Positions 1 through 11,598 of a stretch of DNA of 64,000 nt are shown here, piece after piece. How positions within the stretch are numbered: the stretch's first letter is position 1; each line of letters starts with the position of its first letter. The translations under genes were made by a program, and so were the position numbers. Source of the DNA: Narcine bancroftii (Eukaryota); assembly GCF_036971445.1 (NCBI RefSeq), contig NC_091473.1:36332001-36396000 (forward strand). Reading direction: 5' to 3'. The notes beneath the pieces are model-generated. The model made no database searches, was not told the origin of the DNA, and saw only the letters and a program-made list of their open reading frames with translations.

Positions 1-120
1 TTACAGTGGTCAATTAACCTGCCTGTACACATTTTGAAATGTGAGAAAACTAGCTCCAAGAAAAAACCCATATGGTCACAGGGAGTAAAATACTGGAGGG
101 TATGATTGAACTGGCACTGT
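1..120 (-). mobile_element. Degraded V-SINE-like (tRNA-derived SINE) fragment
   Basis: caattaacct...tgtgagaaaactagctcc...aacccatatggtcacagggag resembles the better copy at 11350-11598. Confidence 0.4.
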
Positions 121-550
121 TCTCCCTGTGACTGAATTTCTTTGACTCCTCCAGTTTTTGCTTGCTGTCAAAGACGTGCAGGTAGGGAGGTTAATTGGCC
201 ATTGGATGTTGTTCCTTCTGTATAGGTGTGTGAAAGAATCTGTTTATGATGTATTTGACAAACTGTAACAGGGATATGGGGCATGTATGAGCAAAAACGT
301 GTGACTTTGTTGGTTGGTATCCCAGGGCCCATAGGTTGGGCGTGTTCATCTTGATTCCTGTGCACATACACGAGTCTTCAATTGGCGCATGTGTGGTGTG
401 TTCGCATATTGGAGTTCGTTTGGCGCCTATTCTGTGGACATGTTGTCCACTATTTCCTTGTGAGAGGCATTGGGAGGGTTAATCACACTTGTGCCTGAAT
501 GTATCACAAGTATGGCTCCCACACCTTAACGAATGTGTCATGTATCTCTC

Positions 551-3500
551 TCAAGTTGTGGCTAATTTTCTACAGCGGAGCACAGCTCTGGATCTCCATG
601 TTCTATGTATTATACTTAATTGAGAGTCAGATTTCCAGGTGATCGCTATGTATTTCCTGGCTACTGCCAAGGCAACTTTTACAAATTGAATTTGGTGTTT
701 GGACAACCACGGACTCGTGCCCATAATATCCCCCAACAGGAACAGCGGTGGATCCTGTGGATATTCCACTGCTGTAATTCTTAGCAAAATGTCCCTCAAT
801 TCTAAGCAGATTAGATGCACAAAGGTTCCTGTCTCTCCACTGTGTCTAAAACACAATTCTGAGATTTCTGGTTTAACCTTGTGCAATTTTTGCAGTTTAA
901 GATATAGCTGGTGCAAGAAATAATATTGCACGAGCCTATAATCTGCCATTAATAACTGCTGTCATGCTGTCCTGACAGAATTTGGACCAGGAATTGTTGT
1001 TCCCAAATCTGACTCTCATCTTGATTTATGGACACCCAGTTTCGGGCTCTTGCTTTGGAACAGGAGATGGAAAACGGATAAACTTACATGTGATCCCCTT
1101 TTGAATTAGAGCCTCTGTTGTGATTACACAATGCTAGGGTCTAACCTGTCCATCGAAAAAGGTAGCAGAAGGTCTTATTTGATGAGTCAAACTTATTTTT
1201 TTAATTGCTCAAATGACCCAAGCTGTCCCTTATAACAATCCTCCAAACACCTGATCCCTTTTTGACACCAGGTGTCCAGGATCTTATTACCCATGGTCAT
1301 AGGAATTAATTTATTCTAGGTTAGGGCATTTTGGGGGACAGCCCTACTTTTAACCCGATAATCTGGTTTATCTTTTCCCACGTTTGAATTCTGTGCTTTA
1401 ATATAGGGCTGTCTTTTTTTTGAGATTATTAATTTAGTATCCCACTTATATATAATTTCTCCTGTTATCTTCTCCCCAACCATGTATTAGCCGATTTGTG
1501 CCCAGGAGGGTATACAGTCATCCTCGAAGAATGATGTGATAAACCTCGAATGGGCCAACTTGTCGTATTTTCTAAAGTCTGGTAGCCTCATTCCTCCCAG
1601 ACTGTAATCCCAAGTCAATTTCTACATGAAGACTCTGGCTACCTTATTCCTCCAAAGAAACTGTCTGACACATCTGTTAAGTGTCTTAAAGAAATTCTGA
1701 GGCAATGGCATGGGCAAAGATTGAAAAAGGTATTGCAGCCATGGCATCACATTCATTTTAATGAGGTTGACCCTGCTCCCCAACATTAAGGTTTGTCCAT
1801 CTTTGTAAATCCTCCTCAATCTTCCTAAGCAGAGGGAGGTAATTCAGTTTATATAAATTTTGTAAATTTTTGACCACCCTTATCCCCAGATACTTAATCT
1901 CCTATTGTGGCCACTTGAATTTACTTACTCTCTTATAATCATCATAATTGATTTTGTATCTGCAATTTTACCATAATCCTCCAGTATGGTCTGTAACCTG
2001 GCCAACGGCCCTCCTGTTTATGTCAAGTATATTAACACATCTGCCAACAAGTTGATTTTTTTTTGTTCTTCCTGGCCTTCTCTGAATCTCTTAATCCCAG
2101 CGAATGGCTTCTGATAATGGTTCAATGGCTAATATGAATAGCCAGGAACAGCAGACAGCCCTGCCGACTCAACCTAGTCAGTGGGAAAGCTGAAGATAAT
2201 TACCTTTGCCTAAGATTTATGATATAGTGCCTTGACGCAATTTATGAATGATTGTCCCAACCTAAATTTTTTCACTTTAATCAAGAATTCCCACTCTCAT
2301 CTATCAAAAGCTTTTTCTGCATCCAATGCCACAGCTATACTTGGATCTACCTTTTGACTGTGCCAAAGGTATTATACTAAGTAACCTACTTGTATTGTCT
2401 GCTGATTGCCTTTCCTGAACGATCTGGATTAGCTTTGGCAAATACCGAGCCAATCAATTTGCCAGAACTTTGGCTATTATTTTATTATCCATGTTTAGAA
2501 GTGAGATTGGCCTGTAGGAAGATAGTTTTAGTGGCTCCCTATCCTTTGGAATTACCATAATTATTGCCATTGGAAAAAGTTTCTGGAAGTGTATGGGTCT
2601 CAGCCACCTGTTCCACTATGTCCATAAACAATGGTATGAACAGGTCTGTAAATTCTGTGTAGAATTCTGGAGGGAACCTGTCTTCTCCTGGAGACTTATT
2701 GGTGTGTTGTGAGCTCGGTGCTTTTACTATTCCTTCCTCAGAGAAGGGAGTATCTAATCCTTCCCGTTCTGCGGGTTCTAAATTTGACGGTTCCAAATTA
2801 GACAGAAATTCCTCCATTTTATCAAAATCATCCGTTGATTCAGATTTATATAATTGCATGTAGCACTACCTAAATATTTCATTTATTTCTTTTCGTTTGT
2901 AAGAGATTCACCTTCTATTTGGATTGCATTGATTGTTCTTGTGGTTTCCTCTGCCTTCAACTGCCAAGACGATACCTCATGGGCTCTTTCTCCTAGCTAA
3001 TAGTACCTCTGGATTTCAGTATTGCTTTTTTCTGTCTTGTTTGTTTGCATGGTATTGTACTTGTGATTTTTATTTTAGCCTTCTATATTCTTTCTCAGAG
3101 CCTAATTTTTTTTTTATAATCCTTTTCCAATTGAGTTACTTCTTGCTCCAATTCATTGACTTCCATTATATACTCTTTAATGCATTTAGTGTATCTAATT
3201 ATTTGTTCTCTCATATTAGGTTTTAATGTATCCCATAACAGAAATTTCTTGGCAGTGGAGGTACAGTTTGCCTCGCGAAATATTTCTATTTGAGCTCGAA
3301 TTAAACTACAGAATTCTGTTTTTTTTTTCCCCAATAGCAACAGGTTAAGGCGCCACCTGTACGTCGTAGCTTGTTTGTCTAGCATGACAATAGTTGAGGT
3401 CAAAGGCAAATGATCTGTTAATAGCCTTGCCATGTATTCGGATTCTACAATTCTGCCCTCCAGCTGGGCCAAGGCTTGAAACAAGTCAATTCTGGTTTAA

Positions 3501-4077
3501 TAATCATGTTGCTTCAAGTTGAAGGAGTGATCCCTCTCCCTTGGATGCCAATGTTTCCAAGTGTCCACCAAATTTAACTCTTTCATGAGGGCTAGGGTTG
3601 GTTTTGCCACCCTGGTTCTTGTCACTTTTTTGCTGATTTATCCAATGCTGGATCCAGCCCAAAATTAAAATCCCCTCCAATAAAGGCATTTTCCTGCCCT
3701 AATGCCAAGTGTGAAAAGCTGATTGGATAAATTTTTCATTATCAAAATTGGGAACATATATATTCGTTAGTGTCCAGGGTTCTGAATATATTTGACAGTA
3801 TACCATTATGAATCTTCTTGCTGGGTCAATAACAGTGTCTTCCACCCTTACTAGAACATTTTTCCCTATTAAAATGACTACTCTCCTTGTTGAAGGAGGA
3901 AGCTATCACATGCCCAACCCAACCCTTTTTTAATTTTTGAGGCTGATTGTTTGTGAGATGGGTCTCTTGTCAAAAGCCACATGCACATGCAATTTTTAAA
4001 TGTGTGCCAAAACATTTTTTCACCCACCAATTTAAACCATTGACATTGAAGCTCAGGAACTTAACTGTTTCCTCCAT
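551..4077 (-). pseudogene. L1 ORF2 (APE endonuclease + reverse transcriptase), many stops and frameshifts
   Basis: Starts MEETVKFLSFNVNGLN at 4077; LLTDHLPL (SDH motif), KSPGEDRFPPEFY, RVNLIKMNVMPWLQYLFQSLP, QYYFLHQLY, ARKYIAITWKS. Confidence 0.85.
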
Positions 4078-5083
4078 TGTCCTGGTATTCTTTCTCCAGA
4101 TTCCCTCCCTTTATCTTTCTCAAAACATTTGTCCCTCACCTGGTCCATGATGGTCATCCTGTTGGATATTCTGACCACACTCAAAATAAATCCTGGAAAA
4201 CTAAAACAAGAGGTTAAAAAAAAACAAATAAATAACATATCCTAACATCTTTTCCTCCAGCCCCAGTTCTTCTTTCCCCCCCCACCCCCCCCCCCTCAGC
4301 GCCAAAAGCTTTTGGGGCCACCTCCCTTCTCATCTTGGAGTGTGCACATTGTACCCATCTTCTCACCTCGCCACCCTCTCGGTCACTCTGGAGCTCGCAA
4401 ATGTGCGTGTATGTATAAAGAGAGATAAGTACCACAATATACATGTTGAGAGAGAGTATGGTACTTAATTCTGTAGCGTTTACATTTCCTTTAATTTTTT
4501 TTTCTCTTACCGTCTCCCTTAGGAGCTTTTTAAGACAGCAAAGTATTTATATATTCTAGTGCACCTTTGATTTCTGCATATATATAAAAAAAAGTTCTTC
4601 CATTTCTCTCCCCCTCCCCCGACAAGATAAAAATAGTTTCAGGCTTGCCAGGTGCAATAAGAGAGACCCAATTCCCTTGTTTCTTATGATATTTTTAACT
4701 GAGTCAAATGCTTTGAGGTTTTCTTAAGAGCGCTGTAGTTAAATCCGGGTAAAAGAGTATTTTACCCCCTTTAAATTCCGCAGGACCACCCATATAGCTG
4801 CTGCATGCAGGATCTCTCCCTTCATCCTGCCACTGCTCCCAATGCTGACGCTGCCTTCCACCCTTCTCTTCCTTCTCACATGGGGCTCCTCCTGTAGAGC
4901 CGACATTGCCTCCTCTCCGGTGCCGTCCGCGTTCTTTCCGGAGCCTATTGGTGTGTGTGTGGTCTGATGCTTTGGGACTCTCAGGCAGCCAATCCAGGTA
5001 GTCCATCCACCTGCTGGGTGGGCAGTGACTGACTTTTGTTCCCCGCCCCTGAATACGTTGGGCAAGCTCCGCCATCTTCCCCA
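560..5083 (-). mobile_element. L1/Tx1-clade LINE, decayed, with 5' end and partly deleted ORF1
   Basis: 5' start GGGGAAGATGGCGG (YY1-like) at ~5083; ORF1 C-terminal piece EILHAA..GGKILFYPDLT at ~4700-4830; ORF2 fragments from endonuclease to C-terminus. Confidence 0.9.
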
Positions 5084-5559
5084 CCATGAGGCCACCATTC
5101 TTGATCCTTGACGGTTATGATGTTGATATTTCTTTTAAGGCAATCTTTTAGTCGTCCTTCCTCATTGCTGTGGTGTTTCTCTGTTTCTTTCATATTTTAA
5201 GTTCTAAAGTCTTTTTTGCTGTTTTTCCTCAATTCATTGTATTTCCTGAAATTTTGGGGTTTTTTTTCCGCCCCTACTCCTTCCTCAGCATCATCTGGCT
5301 CCCTGCTCAGAGTTATTGTAGGGTGGATGGTGTGGAAATAAGACGGTTGTGCACTGCAGTGTTTCAAGTTCTTTGGTGTTCTTTGGCCAAACTTGTTAAC
5401 GTTGGCATCCACTTCACGTGCTCCTCTTCACTTAAACTCAGCAGCATACCCTTCCATTCCTCTGTCTGTTGTGCTTTCCTAACTTCAAATTCAAAGCATT
5501 TATTCTATTTCTCTCTGGTAACGCTTGTGGAAAGAGTTCCACACTTTTAACATTGATTA

Positions 5560-5800
5560 ATTTTTTCCTAATTTCTGCACTTGCCTTGTGAATGACTTTA
5601 TAATTCATATTCCAATTTTGTAACCCATATAAGTGGGAACAACTTCTTGGCTTACATTGTCTTGTTCTTCGGGATATTAAATTCTTTCCCAAGTAATATC
5701 TGGGCCAGATATCTTCAGTTCATTGTGACCCAATTCATTCTTTCTCCCAGATCGATACATCCTGAGTGGGGAAGCCATCCTTCCTGATATTTCTTCATAT
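5560..5800 (-). mobile_element. Possible remnant of another L1 ORF2 C-terminal region
   Basis: Minus frame reads SIWEKE*IG..EDIW...NYKVIHKA, loosely like the L1 WEKDL...FKxLHR region. Confidence 0.25.
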
Positions 5801-6778
5801 CTTACGATTCCTCTAAATTTGAAAATCTGTTGATTAAAACTTGGCATGGTATTCAAACTGAGTTCTAACCAAGGGTCTTGCGCATATGTTTTATCTTACT
5901 GGGTCTGCTTTCCTCTCAATTTAACTCTGAACTCTGAAGTGACGTTCATAGATTTGGAAGGAATTCATCAAAGGAACTTTTGACGTGTCGCAGGTTGAAA
6001 TGTTAATGATTGTAAGGTAATGTTTTGTAGATGAGAATATTTTCATTCCTGGCTAGCAGTTCTACCATCTTGATATGGACACTAGAGAAATAAACGTCTG
6101 TTTCTTTTACTTTGTGATGACAAACTTTGTTTGAAGATCCAGTGTCGTATCAGATAGCAGGTCTCTGAACTCCACAACTGAAGCTGGGACAAAAGAATAG
6201 AATTTAGGTCGCATTTTCAAGATGTTCTCAAGTTCCTTTAGGGAAGTGAAGTACTTTTAAATTGTTGTCATGGCTATAATGTAGAGAAACATGGCAGTCA
6301 AATTGTGCAGAGTTAAATTTCAGGAATAAATGACCAGATTTTCTTTGGTGAGTTGAGGGATTACAAACAGTTAATACACTGGGAAGAACATCACATCTCT
6401 TTAAATTGTGCAGTTGGACATTACATGAATGCAGATGACAAACTCCTTAATTCATCTATATAAGTATAATGTACAGATGCAATGAAAGTCTTTCTTGCTG
6501 CAACTTTTACAGGTTCATAAAACACACTCACAATTTAAGTATAATTAACAGACTCAATACAAAATATAAAAGGGTGGCAAAATAACATACATTTGGCTGA
6601 TAGTGTAAAAATTTCCTGTGTCAGTAATGCACACTGAGGATTTACACCTTTCAGAATAGAGGGCTTCATCATGAACTGGCACATCAAGCAGGAGTCAATG
6701 CTGTGATGCCTTATCCTGAGATCAAACTGATGTAAGAATGTTACCAATTACTGGTACTTGATTTTTTTTTTCTCGCAG

Positions 6779-7160
6779 GGAATTTCATTGGGATATTTTG
6801 CCATTAGCTGTCACAACCAGCTACCCATTCAGCCAAGTTTAACAGTGGTGATACCCTTCAAAAATAGTTTCTTTCTGCTGTGCAGTGGGTGATAGTTTCT
6901 CATTCTGATTTGATGAATTGGTAGCTCTGAGTAATGGAATGCTTTGAAAAATCACAGCCAGTGACAAACAGGATCTGCCTTGAAAACAGAACAAAGGAAA
7001 TGATGATTACATGGTAAACATTTTGAGAAAGCTCAATGTTGGAAACAAAGAAAATATGATGGATGCGAGTTTTTGGCATGACTTGAGTCACATTTCTTTG
7101 AGCTCAGACTCTTTATTTTCCCATACTTTTGAAGTGGCTACGGAAGGCGGCATCCATCCC
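6779..7160 (+). other. Candidate host exon (5' UTR plus 50 codons, 7011-7160)
   Basis: Acceptor ttttttttttctcgcAG ends at 6778; donor CCC|GTAAGT at 7161 in phase 0 with ORF MVNILRKLNVG...TEGGIHP; no recognisable repeat; protein not recognised. Confidence 0.3.
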
Positions 7161-7769
7161 GTAAGTCGGAAGGAAGAAAACGTTAACTTTTATTTGCGTG
7201 TTAATCTATAAAGTATATTTTTGCGGTTTTGCAACAACAAGTACAGCAACTATTATTATGGAATCATTATTGTTCTATAAGTGCAGAAAGCATGGTCTAT
7301 TCATTTGGCTATGCTTCCCAAATGGAAATTTTGACTTGACATGTTTTTGTTATACCGATGAAATCGCTCTGTGAATCTTGTAGTTCATAATATAATATTT
7401 GGAGAATGTTAGATGAGTTAATTTATTGAAAAAGGTAGTCGAATCAGAAATATTTATAATTGGGAGCCAATATTACCACTTTTCATCATTTCTGCTCAAA
7501 AATACTATAAGGATTAAATTCAGGAATAGATGAGTGGATATCACTGTCGCAGTAAGAAGGAAAAATTTGTTTTTATCTTGTTAAAGTTTACTGAAGTCAA
7601 GTTAAACATTAATTGAGCTGACTGTTCATATTTCAAATTGAAGAGTGATGTTTTTTGTTCCAGTTGATCGAAAATAGTTTTTTAATGCACTTCATTGTGG
7701 ACAATGTGAATGGTGTAAGGTTGATTTCACCCATAAGAAAGAGTTGTGATTTTCATGTTTATTATAGTT

Positions 7770-7885
7770 GAAGTAAAACACGAAAGTCTGCAGGCACTGT
7801 GGTTGAAGTAAAAACACTGCTGGAGTAACTCAGCAGGTCAATGTACTTTATCGGGCAAATTTAAAGATACATAACCAAAGTTTTT
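7770..7885 (-). mobile_element. Penelope-terminus (pLTR)-derived short repeat, single arm
   Basis: gaagtaaaacacgaaagtctgcag...gctggagtaactcagcaggtca is antisense to the Penelope 3' terminus at 30255-30275. Confidence 0.7.
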
Positions 7886-8534
7886 GAACTATGACTGCTC
7901 TAAAGTTTGCCCCACAAGTTCTCACACACACACTGAGAATACAAGATCAATCACATTTTGTATGACATTTGTAATTGTGGTATTGATTTTTTTTTTCTGC
8001 ACGATGTGCTCATGAATGACAATGATGAAAGTGTGAGGTTTGAGTTGATTAATGGTGATGTATGAAGTTGATCCAGCATTTACTCCTTTGTGAATATCTT
8101 ATCCATAACTAAAATAATTTCCCATGCTACTTCCACACAATCTCTGGATACATCCTGGGTTACTGCCAGAATAGATGCAAGTGAAAGAGTGCTGAGAGTC
8201 CTCAGTGCTGATTTCAAACACCATGATGGGATTAGGCTAAACACTGTCCTTTCTCAACTGATGACATGAAATGACTCCAAAGAAGCACTGGATGTAGCAA
8301 GTGCACTGAAGCTATTCTGGATCTGGTACATCAATATTTCTAGCCTTCTTCATTAATCAATCCACAGGTGAGTTTTATGGGCATTTAAATAAGTTGAGGG
8401 GTGAATTTACTTGACCTGATCTACCTGTGGCAAATGTGTCTTTTCATGATACGGCTGACAGATGTACCATCACACAGATTTTTTTGGAGACAAATGCCCA
8501 TCATCACACTGAAGACCTCTTCTATTGTGTTAGA

Positions 8535-8719
8535 GTAAAAACACAATGGTGGAGAAACTCAGCAGATCAAACAATGTACTTTGTAAAGCAAAAATAAAGA
8601 TGCATAACCAATATTTTGAGCTTGAGCCCTTCATCAAGGTAGCTTTAACTCTGCTATATAAAGTACACTGACCTGCTAAGTTACTCCAGCAATGTCTGCA
8701 GACTTTCGTGTTTTACTTC
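8535..8719. mobile_element. Palindromic Penelope-terminus-derived element with hammerhead-like centre
   Basis: Arms tggagaaactcagcagatca..tgtactttgtaaagca and tgctatataaagtaca..tgacctgctaagttactcca are inverted; minus-strand centre TTGATGA-AGGGCTCAAGCTC-AAAATATTG. Confidence 0.75.
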
Positions 8720-9146
8720 TATTGTTTTGGGTAGAACTACAATTGTGCTGAGCAGGGTTGACTCAGAACAGATATAACAAGTTGAATTTTTAAGTTCTAT
8801 TGCAACACAGAAAAAGCACTCTCACACTGTATGATCTCGTGGTCTGGCATATTTTAACAAGGGCTGTTGAAGAACACACCAGGAGCAACATTCAACATAA
8901 CTAAAAATGTTGAAGGTGCAATATAAAAATGGCTCACAGCAAATATGGCAGGCACAAATAAAGGGCCTATCTCATTGGCCTGGAGACTAGGTGGCGACCT
9001 GGTGGCGATTCTAGTCTCCGCGACATCTTCTAGAGACTAGCCGGGTCTCCGGGGAGTCGCGGGAAATTCAAACATGTTCGTTTTTATTTTGTTTTTTTTG
9101 GAGACTGAGGAGATGTTGCGGCGACATCTCCACGACGCTGCTTGAC

Positions 9147-10673
9147 TTAGAGACCACGTGACTGAGCACGTGCTGGCATCATCGAAACTCCTTTACTCCT
9201 GGTCCAAGTCACAGGTACATCCCAGTCAAGGTCCTCATCTGGTACTTGTTCCTGCTGCTGCTCCTTGTACTGCCTTGGAAGAGGGCCCACCACCTTGTCT
9301 TGCCAGGGGACAGCTCCAACCCCAGAGTAGTACTGGGTCAGGTACTCTCTCTGGTTCTTGGCAACAGACGGCATGTTACTTCCTCTTCTCTGCATCCCCT
9401 CCAACTGGTTGGTATGCTGTCTCCACTCTCCAGCGGCAACTTCAAGGGTGTGTGGGTCCTCTCTGTCAGTTGAGAGTCTGATGTCTGTCATGTTGTGAAG
9501 TGTAAAGGCAGCTAGGACCACCTTTTCAACCATCTGTGGGCACATCATCATCTTGGTGTGGAAGCATCTGAATCTGGAAAGAAAAAAATAGAAGAAAAAT
9601 TAAAATAATTGTATTTGCTATTTACAATTTGGCAAATATGACTGTGTGGAAGGGAAAAAAAAAAAGTGCTGCACACCTGTTTGCCAAGATGCCAAAGCTG
9701 TTCTCCACAATAAGCCTGGACCTGGACAGCCTGTAGTTGAAGATTCTCTCTGCAAGAGTCATCTGGTGCTTGGAGTAGGGCTTCATCATCCATGTCCTCA
9801 GGGCAAACGTATTGTCACCAACCAAGAAGTAGGGGGCACCAGTAAAAAGTTCAGGAGGTGGCAGGTTGACTTGACCTTCATCCAGTGCCTTCAACAAACT
9901 GCAGTACCTGAAGATGCCAGCATCTGAGTCAGCCCCAGGAGTCCCCACATTGAGGTACATGAACTGATAGTCAGCATCTACCAATGCTACCATGATGATG
10001 GAAAAATAGCCTTTGTAGTTGCGGTAGACACTGCCTGACCCTGGAGGTTCAAGAATTTTGACATGCTTCCCATCCAGTGCACCACAGATGTGATGGAAGT
10101 TCCACTTCTCAGAAAAACCCTTGGCCACTTCCTTCCACTCATCTGGTGTAGATGGACATTTGATGGCCTCCTCATGATGCTCATCAAAGATGGCTTGGCA
10201 CACCTCGAGAACAATACTGACAGTGGTGTTTGGAGCCACACAGAAGCCATAGGACAGGCACTTGTAGGCGTTTCCTGTAGTAAGGAACCTCCGAGTGATG
10301 GCAACCTTCAAAGCAGGGGGCAGGGCCTTCCTGAAGTTTGTGTCATGCTTCTGCATCCTGGGAGTAAGGTGAGCCACCAGCTTCCTGAATATCTCTGGAT
10401 CCACTCTCAGGAAATTCTTGAAGGACCTCACATCCCCTTCTTCCAGGTGTTTCATCAGCTTCTCATACCAGCCATGGTGTTGCCGTTGTAGGAGCCACTC
10501 ATGTACCCACAGTGTCTTTGCCTTCCTGACACTGTTTCTGGCCCTATCCCTAGCCCTGACCTTTGCTTGTTCATGGCCAGAGCTATCAGCACAAGGGCCA
10601 AGGCCTCCTTCTGCTCATCCTATAGATAGGGATCCTGCTCCAACAGCATAACAGCCTCATTGCAGATGTCCAT
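9147..10673 (-). pseudogene. Harbinger (HARBI1-like) DDE transposase, two exons, with one stop (10620) and one frameshift (~10575-10610) near the N-terminus
   Basis: WVHEWLLQRQHHGWYEKLM, FKNFLRV, GALDGKHV (D), LVGDNTF (D), IVENSFGILANR|FRCF (E), LHN; TATATA at ~10737-10744; AATAAA at 9083-9088 on minus. Confidence 0.93.
9574..9676 (-). other. 103-bp GT-AG intron in the transposase gene (phase 2)
   Basis: AACAG|GTGTGC ... ttttttctttcCAG|ATTCAGA; removal joins the frames of ORFs 9622-10455 and 9147-9551 and restores GILANRFRCF. Confidence 0.9.
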
Positions 10674-11349
10674 GGTGAGAGTTCTTGACTGAATGACGTC
10701 TGAAAAGCGAATGATAGATCTAGTTGTAGATCTAGGTATATATAGACATGGAGAAGTTACGGTGACGTCTCCACCTTGGCAACCTGTCGGCGACGTCGTG
10801 GAGACGTCATCGAGACTGCCGGAGATGTCGCCTTGGTGAGAACGCAAGCCATTTTTTGTCGCCCGAGTTGCAGTGACTGATCAGTCGCGGTGATGTCTCC
10901 GCCAATGAGATAGGCCCTTAAGAGTTCAAAGCAATAGATCAGATTAAAGCTTGGCAGTTTTGCGACATCCAGTTGTGAATGGTGGACAAATATACATTGA
11001 GGAGTAGATTCCAGGAATATCTCCAACTTCACTGATGGCAGAACTCAGTGTGTGACTACTAAAAGTAAGGATTAAACTTCACCTAGCTGTGTGCGTGCAA
11101 CTCTAAGCAAGCTACTTCTGAAAGACTTGCCTATAATGGACATGTGTAAGACTGCAATTTTGAGATTTTTGGAACTGATTCATTCTACTTCATCTTTTCT
11201 CAGGGCCCAAAGGAAACCATTAAATCTCCCCAGTCTTTGGCAGTTCTTGGAGACATTTCAATAATTCTGTTCCTGTAGTTGTTTTCTTTCAGCCCATTTT
11301 CTCTTGTACTCCTTGCAATGATTGTTCAATAACTTTTTTAAAAAAGTTT

Positions 11350-11598
11350 CATCATACAGCATGGTAACATTTCGGCCCACGAGTCCATGCCACCCAGTTT
11401 ACACCCAATTAACCAAAACCACCCCCCTCCCCGGTACGTTTCGAATGGTGGGAGGAAACCGGAGCCCCAGGGAAAACCCATGCAGACACGGGAAGAATAT
11501 ACAAACTCCTTACGGACAGCACGGGATTTGAACCCTGGTCCTGATCACTGGTGCTGTAAAGGCATTGCGCTAACCGCTATGGAAACTCTGCCACCCAC
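11350..11598 (-). mobile_element. V-SINE (tRNA-derived head, V-domain, CR1-like tail), near full length
   Basis: Minus strand: TAGCGGTTAGCG (box A-like), GGTTCAAATCC (box B), GGAGTTTGTATATTCTTCCCGTGTCTGCATGGGTTTTCC..CTCCGGTTTCCTCCCAC, tail GGGCCGAAATGTTACCATGCTGTA. Confidence 0.9.

Larger units (their letters stand above)
8962..10918 (-). mobile_element. PIF/Harbinger DNA transposon with intact ends, 1957 bp
   Basis: Perfect 18-bp TIR AGGGCCTATCTCATTGGC (8962-8979 and 10901-10918); TAA TSD at 8959-8961 and 10919-10921; subterminal GAGAC/GCGAC-rich repeats; Harbinger transposase inside. Confidence 0.97.

Noticed and set aside
9147-10673. Domesticated host gene HARBI1
   Set aside because: Enclosed by TIRs and a TSD and has a stop plus a frameshift, so it is a transposon copy
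11520-11598. tRNA gene
   Set aside because: Box A/B-like motifs are the head of a V-SINE; no full cloverleaf
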